Positions 10,692-19,899 of a stretch of DNA of 40,797 bases are shown here, in pieces. The stretch comes from Nitrospirales bacterium. Its GTDB lineage: Bacteria > Nitrospirota > Nitrospiria > Nitrospirales > NS-4. The notes beneath the pieces are model-generated. The model did not search any database. It saw nothing but the letters and a program-made list of their open reading frames with translations, and was not told the DNA's origin. Both the position numbers and the translations under genes were made by a program. The number at the start of each line of letters is the position of its first letter. The stretch's first letter is position 1. The stretch spans positions 1 to 40,797 of the forward strand of contig JAUSHW010000185.1 of assembly GCA_030648395.1 (NCBI GenBank), given 5' to 3'.

Positions 10692-12434
10692 TCAGTAACT
10701 GCGGTAGCGATTCGTGATCGGCATCCGCCGATCCTTTCCCAATGCCCGGTGCGTGATCTTGACGCCGGGCGGCGACTGGCGGCGCTTGTACTCGCTACGA
10801 TCCACGAGCGCCATGACTTTTTCGACCGTTTGTCTGTTAAATCCAGCCGCCAGCAGATCGGCCTTCCCCTGGTCCTCTTCGACATACCCTCGAATGATCG
10901 GGTCCAGCACCTCATACGGGGGAAGGGAATCCTGATCCGTCTGGTTGGGGCGCAATTCAGCCGTTGGCGGCCTGGTCAAGACTCGTTTGGGAATCACCGG
11001 ATCGGCCTCACGCCCGTTCCGCCACCTGGCAAGCTCGTATACCAGCGTCTTGGGCACGTCCTTGATGGCGGCAAATCCGCCGGCCATATCGCCGTATAGG
11101 GTGGCGTACCCGACACTCATCTCACTTTTGTTCCCCGTCGTCAGGACAAGCCATCCGTATTTGTTGGACAGCGCCATCAGGAGATTCCCGCGAATTCTCG
11201 CCTGCAGGTTTTCCTCGGTCACATCCGACGGCCGCCCCTTGAAAATCGGCGCCAGCAGCGAGATATAGTCGTGAAAAACCGGCGTAATGGGCAGACTGTG
11301 GAACCTGATCCCAAGGCGTCGGGCCACAGCTTTGGCATCCTCCCGGCTCTCCACTGACGAGTACGGAGACGGCATGAACACGCCGATAACATTCTGCGCG
11401 CCCAGCGCGTCCACGGCCAGGACCGCGGTCAGCGCCGAGTCAATGCCCCCGCTCAGACCCAGCACCGCCTTCTGGAATGCGTTCTTTCTGGCATAATCGC
11501 CGATGCCAAGCACCAGCGCCCGGTACACTTCCTCCAGGGGAGACGGCACGGCAGGAATACCTCCATGCACCAGACTGCGGCGGACAGGACGGTAGCGTGC
11601 AGAAAGGACCACCTTGTCGACGGTGACGCCCCTTCGCTCAAGCAAGCGCCGGTCGCCTCTCCTGCGCGTGTCATGCAAGCGGGCGCGCGACACGGCATCG
11701 ACGTCCACGTCGGCAACCACCAGATCCTCCTCAAAGGCCCGGCCACGGGCAACAATGCCGCCGCTCTGATCCACCACCAGGCTGTTCCCATCAAACACCA
11801 GCTCGTCCTGCCCCCCGACCAGATTGGCGTACGCCACTACCGCCAGATTGTCCATGGCGCGCGTGGCCAGCATCTCCTCTCGAAAGCGAAGCTTGCCCCT
11901 CTGGTAGGGCGAGGCACTGATGTTGATGATCACTTCCGCGCCCCCAACCAACGATTGCGCGCGTGTCGGGCCTTCCGGGAACCAGATGTCTTCACAGATG
12001 TTGAAGCCTATCGTGATGCCGTTCAGAACCACCACAGACGATCTGTGGCCTGCCTGGAAATAACGGTTCTCATCGAAAACCCCATAGTTGGGAAGATAGG
12101 TCTTATGCTGTGTGGCCACGACCCGTCCGTCACTGATAAACGCGGCGGCGTTATAGACGTCGTTCTGACAGTCGGCGAAGCCCACCACGGCGGCAATCCC
12201 CTTCTTGACCTTCCGGGTGACCCTGTTCAGAGCGGCCAGGTTGTCGGCAATGAACTGGGGGCGCAGGAGAAGGTCTTCCGGTGGATACCCCGTCAAGGTC
12301 AGCTCGGGAAACACGACCAGATCGGCGCCTGCCTCGCGGGCCGCGGACACCCCACGGAGCACGAGCGCCGTATTTCCGGCAAAATCACCGACGGTCGTGT
12401 TGATCTGGGCCAGAGCGATTCTCAGCAGTCTCAT
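10692..12434 (-). CDS. nadE: Glutamine-dependent NAD+ synthetase
   Basis: Nitrilase-like domain (FPEL, K.YLPNY.VFDE.RYF, ICEDIW) fused to the synthetase domain (GLSGGIDSA, ENLQAR, TGNKSE..GY.TLYGD, PTAEL, EYKRRQ). Confidence 0.96.
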   Translation of the reverse strand: MRLLRIALAQINTTVGDFAGNTALVLRGVSAAREAGADLVVFPELTLTGYPPEDLLLRPQFIADNLAALNRVTRKVKKGIAAVVGFADCQNDVYNAAAFISDGRVVATQHKTYLPNYGVFDENRYFQAGHRSSVVVLNGITIGFNICEDIWFPEGPTRAQSLVGGAEVIINISASPYQRGKLRFREEMLATRAMDNLAVVAYANLVGGQDELVFDGNSLVVDQSGGIVARGRAFEEDLVVADVDVDAVSRARLHDTRRRGDRRLLERRGVTVDKVVLSARYRPVRRSLVHGGIPAVPSPLEEVYRALVLGIGDYARKNAFQKAVLGLSGGIDSALTAVLAVDALGAQNVIGVFMPSPYSSVESREDAKAVARRLGIRFHSLPITPVFHDYISLLAPIFKGRPSDVTEENLQARIRGNLLMALSNKYGWLVLTTGNKSEMSVGYATLYGDMAGGFAAIKDVPKTLVYELARWRNGREADPVIPKRVLTRPPTAELRPNQTDQDSLPPYEVLDPIIRGYVEEDQGKADLLAAGFNRQTVEKVMALVDRSEYKRRQSPPGVKITHRALGKDRRMPITNRYRSY

Positions 12435-12448
12435 CGTGCCACAGCCCC

Positions 12449-12505
12449 AAAGAAAAAACGTCCTCCCGCCACGGGCACCTCAATTGGTGCCCGGCAAGAG
12501 GACGT
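12449..12505 (-). terminator. Intrinsic terminator 2 (attenuator) in the nadE leader
   Basis: Minus strand ACGTCCTCTTGCC-GGGCACC-aattga-GGTGCCC-gt-GGCGGGAGGACGT followed by TTTTTCTTT, 14 nt before the nadE ATG. Confidence 0.85.
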
Positions 12506-12612
12506 CATCGTCCATAAACAGAAACGGCGCCTTTCCCTTCACAGCGTAGGAGCCCCGCTACCGTGCTCCCAAAGGGAAAGACGCCGTCGTCGATTAGCAC
12601 ACCATCGTGCTA
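12500..12612 (-). promoter_or_regulatory. ANTAR-like hexaloop hairpins (G1/G4 variant) in the nadE leader
   Basis: TAGCAC-GATGGT-GTGCTA (12595-12612), GAC-GACGGC-GTC (12580-12591, overlaps the 5' arm of terminator 1) and GGAC-GATGAC-GTCC (12500-12513, overlaps the 5' arm of terminator 2). Confidence 0.7.
12516..12587 (-). terminator. Intrinsic terminator 1 (attenuator) in the nadE leader
   Basis: Minus strand ACGGCGTCTTTCCCTT...AAGGGAAAGGCGCCGT (16 bp with one G-U, structured 32 nt loop) followed by TTCTGTTT. Confidence 0.7.
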
Positions 12613-12617
12613 GGGGT

Positions 12618-12647
12618 CTTATACAGAACCTTTCCCCTGCATGTCAA
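12618..12647 (-). promoter_or_regulatory. Sigma70-type promoter for the nadE-amtB-glnA operon
   Basis: TTGACA (12647-12642), 18 bp spacer, TATAAG (12623-12618); the predicted start near 12611 coincides with the 5' end of the first hairpin. Confidence 0.7.
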
Positions 12648-12649
12648 GG

Positions 12650-13918
12650 CTATTTTCCCGCCACCCGCTTGTCGAGATCCCCGGCGAGCAGAATGGCCTC
12701 GGCAATCTCACGCATCGATCGTCGTGTATCCATGCTCTGACGCTGCATGACCCGAAACGCGTCTTCCTCCGTGATATGCTTGCTTCGCATGAGCTGGCCT
12801 TTGGCGCGTTCGACCAGCTTGCGCACCTCGAGCGCCTCCTGCATTTCAAAGGACTTCTCCATCAGGCTTGTATTCTCGATCGTGATCGCTGCCTGATTGG
12901 CGACTGCCTGCAGTATTTTAATTTCCTCAGCGGTAAACAGATGTTCGTTCGCCGTGTAGCTGTTAATGACTCCGATCGGCTTGTTTTTCACCAGCATGGG
13001 CACCGACAGCAGCGAGCAGAGTCCTTCTTTACGCGCCAGGTCCGGGTACGTATAGCCGGGGTCTTTCGTCACATCCAAAACCGCAATGGGACGGCGATCC
13101 TTGAGTGCGCGGCCGCTGATGCTTTGTCCGACCTTCAGGTTCGGCTTTCTGCGATAGCTCTCGCTCAGGCTCTGCGTGGCGGCGATGCGGAGTTCGTCAT
13201 GCTCCTGGTCCAGCAGCATGATCGAACAGATCGCCGACCCCATCATCTCCGCCGTCATGGTCACCAGAAGATGCAGGACTTCTTCCAGGAGACGCCCTGA
13301 CGTAATGGTCGCACTGACCTGGGAGAGCGTTTCGACCTGGCGGGCCTTGTGCGTGATTTCCGCATGGAGCCGGGCAGTCTCGATCGCGCCGCCGACCTGA
13401 CACCCCATCGTGGTCATCAGTGCAACCTCATCGGAACGATACCGGTGGGGCTGCTTGTGCTGAACGTTGATGACCCCGATCACCTCTCGTTTGGCGATGA
13501 TCGGCACGGAGAGGAACGCCTGGTGGCGGTCTTCGGGAAGGTTGTGGAACACCTTGAATCGGGGGTCGTCGCTGGCATTGCTGGCGATCGCCACGTGTGT
13601 CCCCTGCTGGGCCACCCATCCGGTAATCCCTTCACCAAGGCCCAAGCGGATGCGGCCGATCAATTTGGGATGAGGGTTCTGGGACGCCCTGAGGATGAGC
13701 TCATCCCGGCGAGGGGTCAGCAAATAGATGAAACAGGAGTCGGCCTTGGTCACCTCGACAGCGATCTCGACAATATCGCGCAGGACCGCATCGAGGTCGA
13801 GATTTCCGCTAACCGTTTCACTGACATGATGCAGAATCTCGGCTTCCCGCGTCTTGTCGCGGAGCGCACGCTGCAGAGCGGCGACCGACACCTGGCTCTT
13901 TTGCTTCATTCCGGCCAC
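12650..13918 (-). CDS. GAF-GAF-ANTAR one-component RNA-binding antiterminator
   Basis: Two tandem GAF domains (GEGITGWV..DPRF..LSVPI..IGVINV; GQSISG..LLSVPM..IGVIN) and C-terminal ANTAR (LEVRKLVERAKGQLM..TEEDAFRVMQRQSMDTRRSMREIAEAIL); GTG start with GAGGGGAG RBS. Confidence 0.92.
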   Translation of the reverse strand: MAGMKQKSQVSVAALQRALRDKTREAEILHHVSETVSGNLDLDAVLRDIVEIAVEVTKADSCFIYLLTPRRDELILRASQNPHPKLIGRIRLGLGEGITGWVAQQGTHVAIASNASDDPRFKVFHNLPEDRHQAFLSVPIIAKREVIGVINVQHKQPHRYRSDEVALMTTMGCQVGGAIETARLHAEITHKARQVETLSQVSATITSGRLLEEVLHLLVTMTAEMMGSAICSIMLLDQEHDELRIAATQSLSESYRRKPNLKVGQSISGRALKDRRPIAVLDVTKDPGYTYPDLARKEGLCSLLSVPMLVKNKPIGVINSYTANEHLFTAEEIKILQAVANQAAITIENTSLMEKSFEMQEALEVRKLVERAKGQLMRSKHITEEDAFRVMQRQSMDTRRSMREIAEAILLAGDLDKRVAGK

Positions 13919-13937
13919 GCTCCCCTCGCGGACGGCA

Positions 13938-13946
13938 ACTATAGCA
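13938..13946 (-). promoter_or_regulatory. Putative extended -10 promoter of the ANTAR gene
   Basis: TG-c-TATAGT in the aroB/ANTAR gap; the same GTGCTATAGTT 11-mer occurs upstream of lptC. Confidence 0.4.
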
Positions 13947-13956
13947 CGGGGGCGGA

Positions 13957-15087
13957 TCAGGTTCCAGCGCGTTGCGCAGCGAGAACTCGTCGGATATGAG
14001 TCTCGTCGACGGGTTGCACTGACACATGACCGATGCGATCAGGCAAGACAAAATGGATGCGCCGATCCCTGACTTTTTTGTCCTGTCGCATGGCACGGAG
14101 AAGTGCGGAGGGGGGATGGGGGGGCAACTGATCAGGGAGACCGGCCTGACACACGAGGTCGTGGATACGCGCAGCGACGCGTGCATCAGCCAGGCCAAGC
14201 TGGACGGCCAATCGCGCGGCCACGACCATGCCGATGGCAACGGCCTCCCCATGTCGGTAGCGGCGATATTGTGTGACCGTCTCCAGCGCATGGCCTACCG
14301 TATGCCCAAAGTTCAGAATGCGCCGCCGATCTCCTTCTCGCTCATCTTGAGACACAACGGCCGCTTTGCAGGCTGAGGACGATTGGATGATGTGATGAAC
14401 GGCCGGAGGATCAAAATTCAGAATCCCGTGCATCTCGGTTTCGAGAAATTTGAAAAACCGCGCGTCGGCGATCACTCCGTATTTAATGACTTCCGCAAGT
14501 CCTGCGCGATACTCGCGGGCTGGAAGCGTTTGAAGAACATCAGGGTCGCTCAATACCAATTGGGGCTGATAGAACGACCCAATCAGATTCTTGCCCAGTG
14601 GATGGTTGACGCCGGTCTTGCCTCCAATGCTGGAATCGACTTGCGCAACAAGGGTCGTCGGCACCTGCACAAAAGGGATGCCGCGCAAATAGACGGCGGC
14701 TGCGAAGCCGGCGAGATCGCCGACTACCCCGCCCCCCAATGCGAGGAGCACGGTTTTGCGTTCGTACCGACGACGGACAAGCTCATTGAGGATGGCGGAC
14801 ACCCATCTCAGCGACTTGGTTCGCTCACCGTCGGGGAGGCATATGACGCTCGTCCGGAAGCCTGCGGCTTGGAGGCTGCGCGTCAGCCTGGAACCATAGA
14901 GGCGATGAACCACAGTGTTGGTGACGACCACTGCATTCGCGGTTTTTGCGAGAGGGAGCAGGTGCTCCCCCACCCGGTCGAGAAGGCCCGCCTGAATGAT
15001 GACGTCGTACCCGCGGTTGGCGAGATCGACACGCACCCGGTCAGGTTGCGGCAAAGAGCGGATGGGTTTGATCGATTTTGATTTCAT
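13957..15087 (-). CDS. aroB: 3-dehydroquinate synthase
   Basis: GE..K, GGGVVGDLAGF, PTTL.AQVDSSIGGKTGVN, KNLIG.F.QP, LNFGHT.GHA.E, HGEAV, DKK; start codon uncertain (15087 or 15132). Confidence 0.95.
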   Translation of the reverse strand: MKSKSIKPIRSLPQPDRVRVDLANRGYDVIIQAGLLDRVGEHLLPLAKTANAVVVTNTVVHRLYGSRLTRSLQAAGFRTSVICLPDGERTKSLRWVSAILNELVRRRYERKTVLLALGGGVVGDLAGFAAAVYLRGIPFVQVPTTLVAQVDSSIGGKTGVNHPLGKNLIGSFYQPQLVLSDPDVLQTLPAREYRAGLAEVIKYGVIADARFFKFLETEMHGILNFDPPAVHHIIQSSSACKAAVVSQDEREGDRRRILNFGHTVGHALETVTQYRRYRHGEAVAIGMVVAARLAVQLGLADARVAARIHDLVCQAGLPDQLPPHPPSALLRAMRQDKKVRDRRIHFVLPDRIGHVSVQPVDETHIRRVLAAQRAGT

Positions 15088-15138
15088 CGGGCACAGCAAG
15101 ACGGATTCGGCATGCGCCGAAACTCGTTTCACTCTGAG

Positions 15139-16299
15139 TCAGAATTGTTTGACGTAGGCCTGGTAGGAGTCGTAGTTCCGCCGCATCTCGTCCAGCGTAT
15201 CGCCACCGAATTTCTCGACCATCGCGGCGGCGAGCTCGTACGCCACCACGGCTTCCCCCACCACACCCGCCGCCGGAACCGTGCAGATGTCGGAACGCTC
15301 GATGGTCGCCTCAACCGGCTCCTTCGTCTGTATGTCGACGCTTTTCTTTGGAGTATAGAGCGTGGCAATGGGCTTCATGGCCGTCCTCAACACAATCGGC
15401 TGACCGTTGGTAATGCCACCCTCCAAACCACCTGCGTTGTTGCCACCCCTGATGAATCCCGCCTTCTGATCATAGAAGATCTCATCATGCACTTCCGAGC
15501 CGAACCGCCTGGCTGCCTCAAATCCCATGCCGACCTCGACCCCCTTCATCGCCTGGATGCTCATCAGCGCCATGGCCAGCCTTCCGGTCAGACGGCGGTC
15601 CCATTGCGCGTAACTACCAAGCCCGAGCGGGGGATTCGTCACGATGACTTCGAAGATGCCTCCCAGCGTGTCGCCTTTATGTTTGGCCTCACGTATCCGT
15701 TCCACCATGAGGGCCGAACTCTTTGCATCAGGGCACCTCACATCAGATGCCTCCGCCTGCTGGAACGCCTGCTCCGTGGTCAATCCTTCCGTGGACGCCT
15801 TGACTCCACCGATCTCGACGGTATAGCTGTATACCTGCATCCCGAATTCAGCCAGCAACCGCTTCGCAACCCCTCCGACTGCCACACGGATGGCCGTCTC
15901 ACGGGCGCTGGCCTTCTCCAGGACGTTGCGGATATCGTGGTGGTTGTATTTGATCGCGCCGACCAGGTCAGCGTGCCCAGGGCGCGGGCAGGTGACGACT
16001 TTCTCGGTGACCGGGGGCCCTGGCTCTGGCGACATGATGTCCTTCCAGTTCTCCCAGTCCCTGTTCGAGACATGCAGCGTGATGGGGGTGCCTAGCGTAC
16101 TCCCCTTGCGTACGCCGGACCAAAAATCGACACGATCCTGCTCGATCCGCATGCGACCGCCACGGCCGTAGCCCTTTTGCCGTCTGGATAGATCGCGATT
16201 GATATCGTCGGCTGTCAAAGGCAGGCCGGAGGGGATCCCTTCCAGGACGGCGATCAGCCCTTTCCCGTGGGATTCCCCCCCGTTCAAATACCGCAGCAT
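15139..16299 (-). CDS. aroC: Chorismate synthase
   Basis: GESHG, RRQ.GYGRGGR, PRPGHAD, SARETA, N.AGG.EGGI, MKPI, ERSD. Confidence 0.96.
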   Translation of the reverse strand: MLRYLNGGESHGKGLIAVLEGIPSGLPLTADDINRDLSRRQKGYGRGGRMRIEQDRVDFWSGVRKGSTLGTPITLHVSNRDWENWKDIMSPEPGPPVTEKVVTCPRPGHADLVGAIKYNHHDIRNVLEKASARETAIRVAVGGVAKRLLAEFGMQVYSYTVEIGGVKASTEGLTTEQAFQQAEASDVRCPDAKSSALMVERIREAKHKGDTLGGIFEVIVTNPPLGLGSYAQWDRRLTGRLAMALMSIQAMKGVEVGMGFEAARRFGSEVHDEIFYDQKAGFIRGGNNAGGLEGGITNGQPIVLRTAMKPIATLYTPKKSVDIQTKEPVEATIERSDICTVPAAGVVGEAVVAYELAAAMVEKFGGDTLDEMRRNYDSYQAYVKQF

Positions 16300-16323
16300 G
16301 GAGGGACAGTACCCTACTTGCCG

Positions 16324-18384
16324 CTAGTCTTTCAAGATTGTCGGTGTGACGAAGATCAGCAATTCGGTTTGCTGGACGACAACAGTCTCCGTTTTAAAGA
16401 GCCATCCCAGGAATGGGATCTGATTGAACCACGGGACGCCGGTCGTTGTGTCCGATTTCGTTTCCTCAAAAATTCCTCCCAGTACCGTGGTTTCCCCGTC
16501 GCGGAGAAGAATTTCCGTTGTCGCTTCTTTTTTGTCGATGGTAGTGCCCGCTAGAGTCGGCGCACCGGGCGAATTCTTCGTCGCTTTAATTTCCAGCCGA
16601 ACCATATTGGCGTGAAAAATAACGTGTGGCGTCACGTTTAAGGTCAGCGTGGCATCGACGAACGTTGTCTGTGTGCCCTGAAGTGATGTCGTCGCGAAGG
16701 GAATTTGGCTGCCCTGCTCTATTTTGGCTGGTTTGTTATCCAGGGTAATGATCTTGGGCGCGGAGACGACTTTGCTCAGCCCCAGGGATTCCCCTGCCGA
16801 CAGCCGCAGATCGAGTGCGCCGCTCGTTCCCAGAAACTTGCCGATCAGCAGCCCGAACGTACTCGTTCCGGCCACAGCAGAAGGAAGATTGACCAGGAAG
16901 CTTTGGGCTTGAGCGAATGCAGCCCCAGTTGCGCCCAGGTTCACCGAAATCGGCCCCTGTGAGTGCTGGCCAGCCAGTGGCGTGCTTCCAGTTCCAGGGG
17001 TCCTCTGGCTTGTGATGGTGCTGATGCCCCATTGGACGCCAAGTCCACGCGAAAAGTTTTTGGTTGCCTGAACGATTCGCGCTTCAATCTGCACCTGCGG
17101 CGTCCGCTGGTCGAGATCGCGCACGATTTTCTCGACTTTGACGAGGTTGTCTGCGACGTCACGCACAACCAACGAATTGGTCCGCGCATCGATTTTTATC
17201 TCGCCCCGAGGGCTCAGATTGGTTTTGGCTACATCGACCGACTTTGCGGCGTCTGCATAATTGAGATACAGAATTTTGGTCACCAGCTCTTCGGCCTTCA
17301 GGGTCGCATCCTTCGCTTTTGCCGCCTCGTCTCTCAGCTTTGTAATGTTCGCAAGCGAGTCAATCCACAGGATGTTGCCTTCCCTGACCTGGCCGAGATT
17401 ATTCAATTTTAGAATCAGATCCAGCCCCTGGTCCCACGGCACACTCAACAGCTTGATGGTGACCTTGGCCTTGACGCTTTCGCCGACGACCATATTGAGG
17501 CCACTCACATCTGCGATGAGTCTCAAAACACTGCTGATCTCTGCGTCCTGAAAGTCCAGCGAGATGCGCTTTCCTGAAAAGCGCTCGCCTCCTCCGGCCG
17601 CTCCGCTCTCCGCCGCGTCACTAGACTTCGGCTGGGCCAGCGCAGGTAACGGATCCAGCAACTTCAATCTCTCAGGGGCGGGAATCGTGACGTTCCTGCG
17701 GCCACTTTCTCCCGCCGGCTTTTCCGTCGTTGCGGGGGCGCTTCGTAGAGGAGCCGACGCTTCCTGTGTGCCAGGCATGGGCACACGATCAGACAGCGTC
17801 ACTCTGAGCTGGGAACCGCTTTTGTCAATTGTATATGGAACGGCCCGTTCAAGGTCCAGCACCAGCCTTAACTTCGGCTGCGGCAATTGATGCATCCCAA
17901 TTCTGATCTGACGCACCATTTGGTGTCCAACAGAAATCGCATGGCGCTTTGTCCCGTTGACAACCCCCGGGAGATCCAGGATAAGACGATTCCCGTCCAG
18001 CCGCATGGCTTGGAAACTCAACTCCCCGTCTCCCGTGATCACAACCACCAGCCCCTCATCCTGGCGCTGGACATCAATGGCCGTTACTGTCTTTGCGGAG
18101 CTTAACGGTTTTTCAGGCAGCGCCTCTGGTGGCGCAGGTGCCAAAGGAGGCGCTTCTGCCGATTTGACCGCTGGCGTCGGCTCAATAACCGGTTTAGGAG
18201 CCTCCGCCTGAACGGCCTGTGTACTCGCCGTGCGCTCCGTAGGAGGCGCTTCTGCGTGAACTGCCGGAAGCGGCTCTGAACCTGTCGGCTCCACCAATGC
18301 TTCACTCTGGGCACAGCCTTGCCCCAACCCTAGAGCCAAGACTCCAGCCAGGAGTACCTGCAGGTGAGGGGATTGCGTTTTCAT
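16324..18384 (-). CDS. pilQ: Type IV pilus secretin PilQ
   Basis: AMIN-like domain (RLILDLPG..LRLVLDL), ISLDFQDA N0 domain, D.RTNSL, PQVQIEARIV, L.DGET.VLGG, GVPW..IPFLGWLF, ELLIFVTP. Confidence 0.95.
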   Translation of the reverse strand: MKTQSPHLQVLLAGVLALGLGQGCAQSEALVEPTGSEPLPAVHAEAPPTERTASTQAVQAEAPKPVIEPTPAVKSAEAPPLAPAPPEALPEKPLSSAKTVTAIDVQRQDEGLVVVITGDGELSFQAMRLDGNRLILDLPGVVNGTKRHAISVGHQMVRQIRIGMHQLPQPKLRLVLDLERAVPYTIDKSGSQLRVTLSDRVPMPGTQEASAPLRSAPATTEKPAGESGRRNVTIPAPERLKLLDPLPALAQPKSSDAAESGAAGGGERFSGKRISLDFQDAEISSVLRLIADVSGLNMVVGESVKAKVTIKLLSVPWDQGLDLILKLNNLGQVREGNILWIDSLANITKLRDEAAKAKDATLKAEELVTKILYLNYADAAKSVDVAKTNLSPRGEIKIDARTNSLVVRDVADNLVKVEKIVRDLDQRTPQVQIEARIVQATKNFSRGLGVQWGISTITSQRTPGTGSTPLAGQHSQGPISVNLGATGAAFAQAQSFLVNLPSAVAGTSTFGLLIGKFLGTSGALDLRLSAGESLGLSKVVSAPKIITLDNKPAKIEQGSQIPFATTSLQGTQTTFVDATLTLNVTPHVIFHANMVRLEIKATKNSPGAPTLAGTTIDKKEATTEILLRDGETTVLGGIFEETKSDTTTGVPWFNQIPFLGWLFKTETVVVQQTELLIFVTPTILKD

Positions 18385-19238
18385 TAGCTTACCTCTTTGG
18401 GACGTAGAAGGATTTCAACATCCTTTGTGCTTTTATTGCCTGCGATGTCAATACTGGGTTCGGACACAATGACGGCTTTATCAGTGATCGCCGAAATCAC
18501 TCCATTGTTTGTTCCCATGAGCATACCTTCTTTTACCGTGTAGCCTTTGCCGTCTGGCGTTCGAACCAGTCCATGATAGCCGTAGCCCCCCCACATGATT
18601 CCCAGCAGCTTCAGATCGCTGAGCTGCACACGCTGAAGCGGGGGCATTTCCAACCTGGTTTTATCAATCTTAACCAGACGGGTAAGGGATTGAAACGGTT
18701 CGCGCCGACTCTTCGGGTCATACGTGTAGCCATCCACGGCTTCCGCCAAGGGAGGCGTTTGGGCGGCCGCCGCCACAGGCGTCGAAGGCGCTCCCGCACT
18801 TGTGGCAGGTTTCTGAATTTCCTTCACACTCCCCGTGGCTTGAACGGGCGGAACAGGCGTTGCTGGCGACTGCACCGTTACAGGTTTTGATACAGGCGCC
18901 GGCGCCGAACCTCCCTGGCCTGACTGTCCTGTTGCACCCGTTACGGGCACGGGCAGAGAAGATATTGGTGCCGCCGCAGGCTTGGGTGCGTTGGCCGCCG
19001 GAATTGGCGCTCCAGGGATGGTTGGGGCGGGCGCCTGATCTGCGGTTTTAGCGCCAGACTGCCCTGGAACGGGCTGAGGCTTGGCGGCCACTGGTTTAGG
19101 CGGTGGCGTAGACTGTTTCGGCTCCTCCCCTCCCATGAACAGCGACATCGCCTGCCCATAAAGAGGATACCCGATCAAGACTAGGCTGATTACAAAGAAT
19201 ACAGCCCACTGCTGAAAGAGCGTTCGCAATAGTTTCAT
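18384..19238 (-). CDS. pilP: Type IV pilus assembly protein PilP with a long Pro/Ala-rich N-terminal region
   Basis: Y.Y....RREPF, PLQRVQLSDLKLLGI, PDGKGY.VK.G..MG.N.G; lies between pilO and pilQ; start ATG 19238 inferred. Confidence 0.85.
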   Translation of the reverse strand: MKLLRTLFQQWAVFFVISLVLIGYPLYGQAMSLFMGGEEPKQSTPPPKPVAAKPQPVPGQSGAKTADQAPAPTIPGAPIPAANAPKPAAAPISSLPVPVTGATGQSGQGGSAPAPVSKPVTVQSPATPVPPVQATGSVKEIQKPATSAGAPSTPVAAAAQTPPLAEAVDGYTYDPKSRREPFQSLTRLVKIDKTRLEMPPLQRVQLSDLKLLGIMWGGYGYHGLVRTPDGKGYTVKEGMLMGTNNGVISAITDKAVIVSEPSIDIAGNKSTKDVEILLRPKEVS

Positions 19239-19260
19239 AAGATGCAGCCTATAACCCTCT

Positions 19261-19896
19261 TTATTTCCCTGGCGGCTTGGCGACCACAGGAGGCGAAGCC
19301 TGGGCTGACGGGGACGCAAAGGCCGTGAGTTGGAATGTCGCCTGCACCGATACGCGATCTTTTTCCACCGGTCCCGCCGCCCCTTTCGCCATTTTTATTT
19401 TATTGACATTAATAATACGCGGCATCTTGCTGATGCGATCAAAAAACAGCGCCAAGGTATGATAGCCTCCGATCATCTCGACATCCGCCGGGAGCTTCAC
19501 GAAAAGCTTGGAAGAATCCTCCTGGCGCGGACCGGGCCGCCAGAGTTTCAAGGTGAGGCCAATACGTGTTCCCAAGTCAGAAAGTTGTTTGAGAACCGTC
19601 GCTGCCTCTGATTCCGGCGGAAGATGCTCTTGGATTTTGGCAAGCTGTAACCCCAGTTCACCGGTTAACTTTTTGAGCGCTTCAAGGTTTTTGACTTTCT
19701 CTTTATTGGCACTGATCTCAGTGTCGAGTTTCGAGACGGCCGCCGTCAATGTCTGAATTTCCCTTGATTGAGGGTCTTCGACAAGATAATAAAACCCGGC
19801 CCCGATACCAGCCAGCAAAAGAACCAGGAGGGTAAACTTCTGGTTTGTCGGGATGGCCTTGAATGCCGACATCATGTTGGGCAGCTGCATCGCCAT
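19261..19896 (-). CDS. pilO: Type IV pilus assembly protein PilO
   Basis: N-terminal TM helix, coiled coil, LP..E, GGYH.L..FFDRISKMPRIINV. Confidence 0.92.
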   Translation of the reverse strand: MAMQLPNMMSAFKAIPTNQKFTLLVLLLAGIGAGFYYLVEDPQSREIQTLTAAVSKLDTEISANKEKVKNLEALKKLTGELGLQLAKIQEHLPPESEAATVLKQLSDLGTRIGLTLKLWRPGPRQEDSSKLFVKLPADVEMIGGYHTLALFFDRISKMPRIINVNKIKMAKGAAGPVEKDRVSVQATFQLTAFASPSAQASPPVVAKPPGK

Positions 19897-19899
19897 ATA

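Noticed and set aside
12425-12441. TGGCACG at the nadE start, resembling a sigma54 -24 box
   Set aside because: No GC at the -12 position, and it overlaps the start codon
12473-12492. GGGCACC-AATTGA-GGTGCCC hexaloop as a fourth ANTAR hairpin
   Set aside because: Position 4 of the loop is U, not G; it is simply the cap of terminator 2
12435-12617. nadE leader as a known metabolite riboswitch (glutamine or NAD class)
   Set aside because: I could not match it to a known aptamer consensus by eye, and hairpin/terminator overlap next to an ANTAR gene explains it more simply; an Rfam scan would settle this
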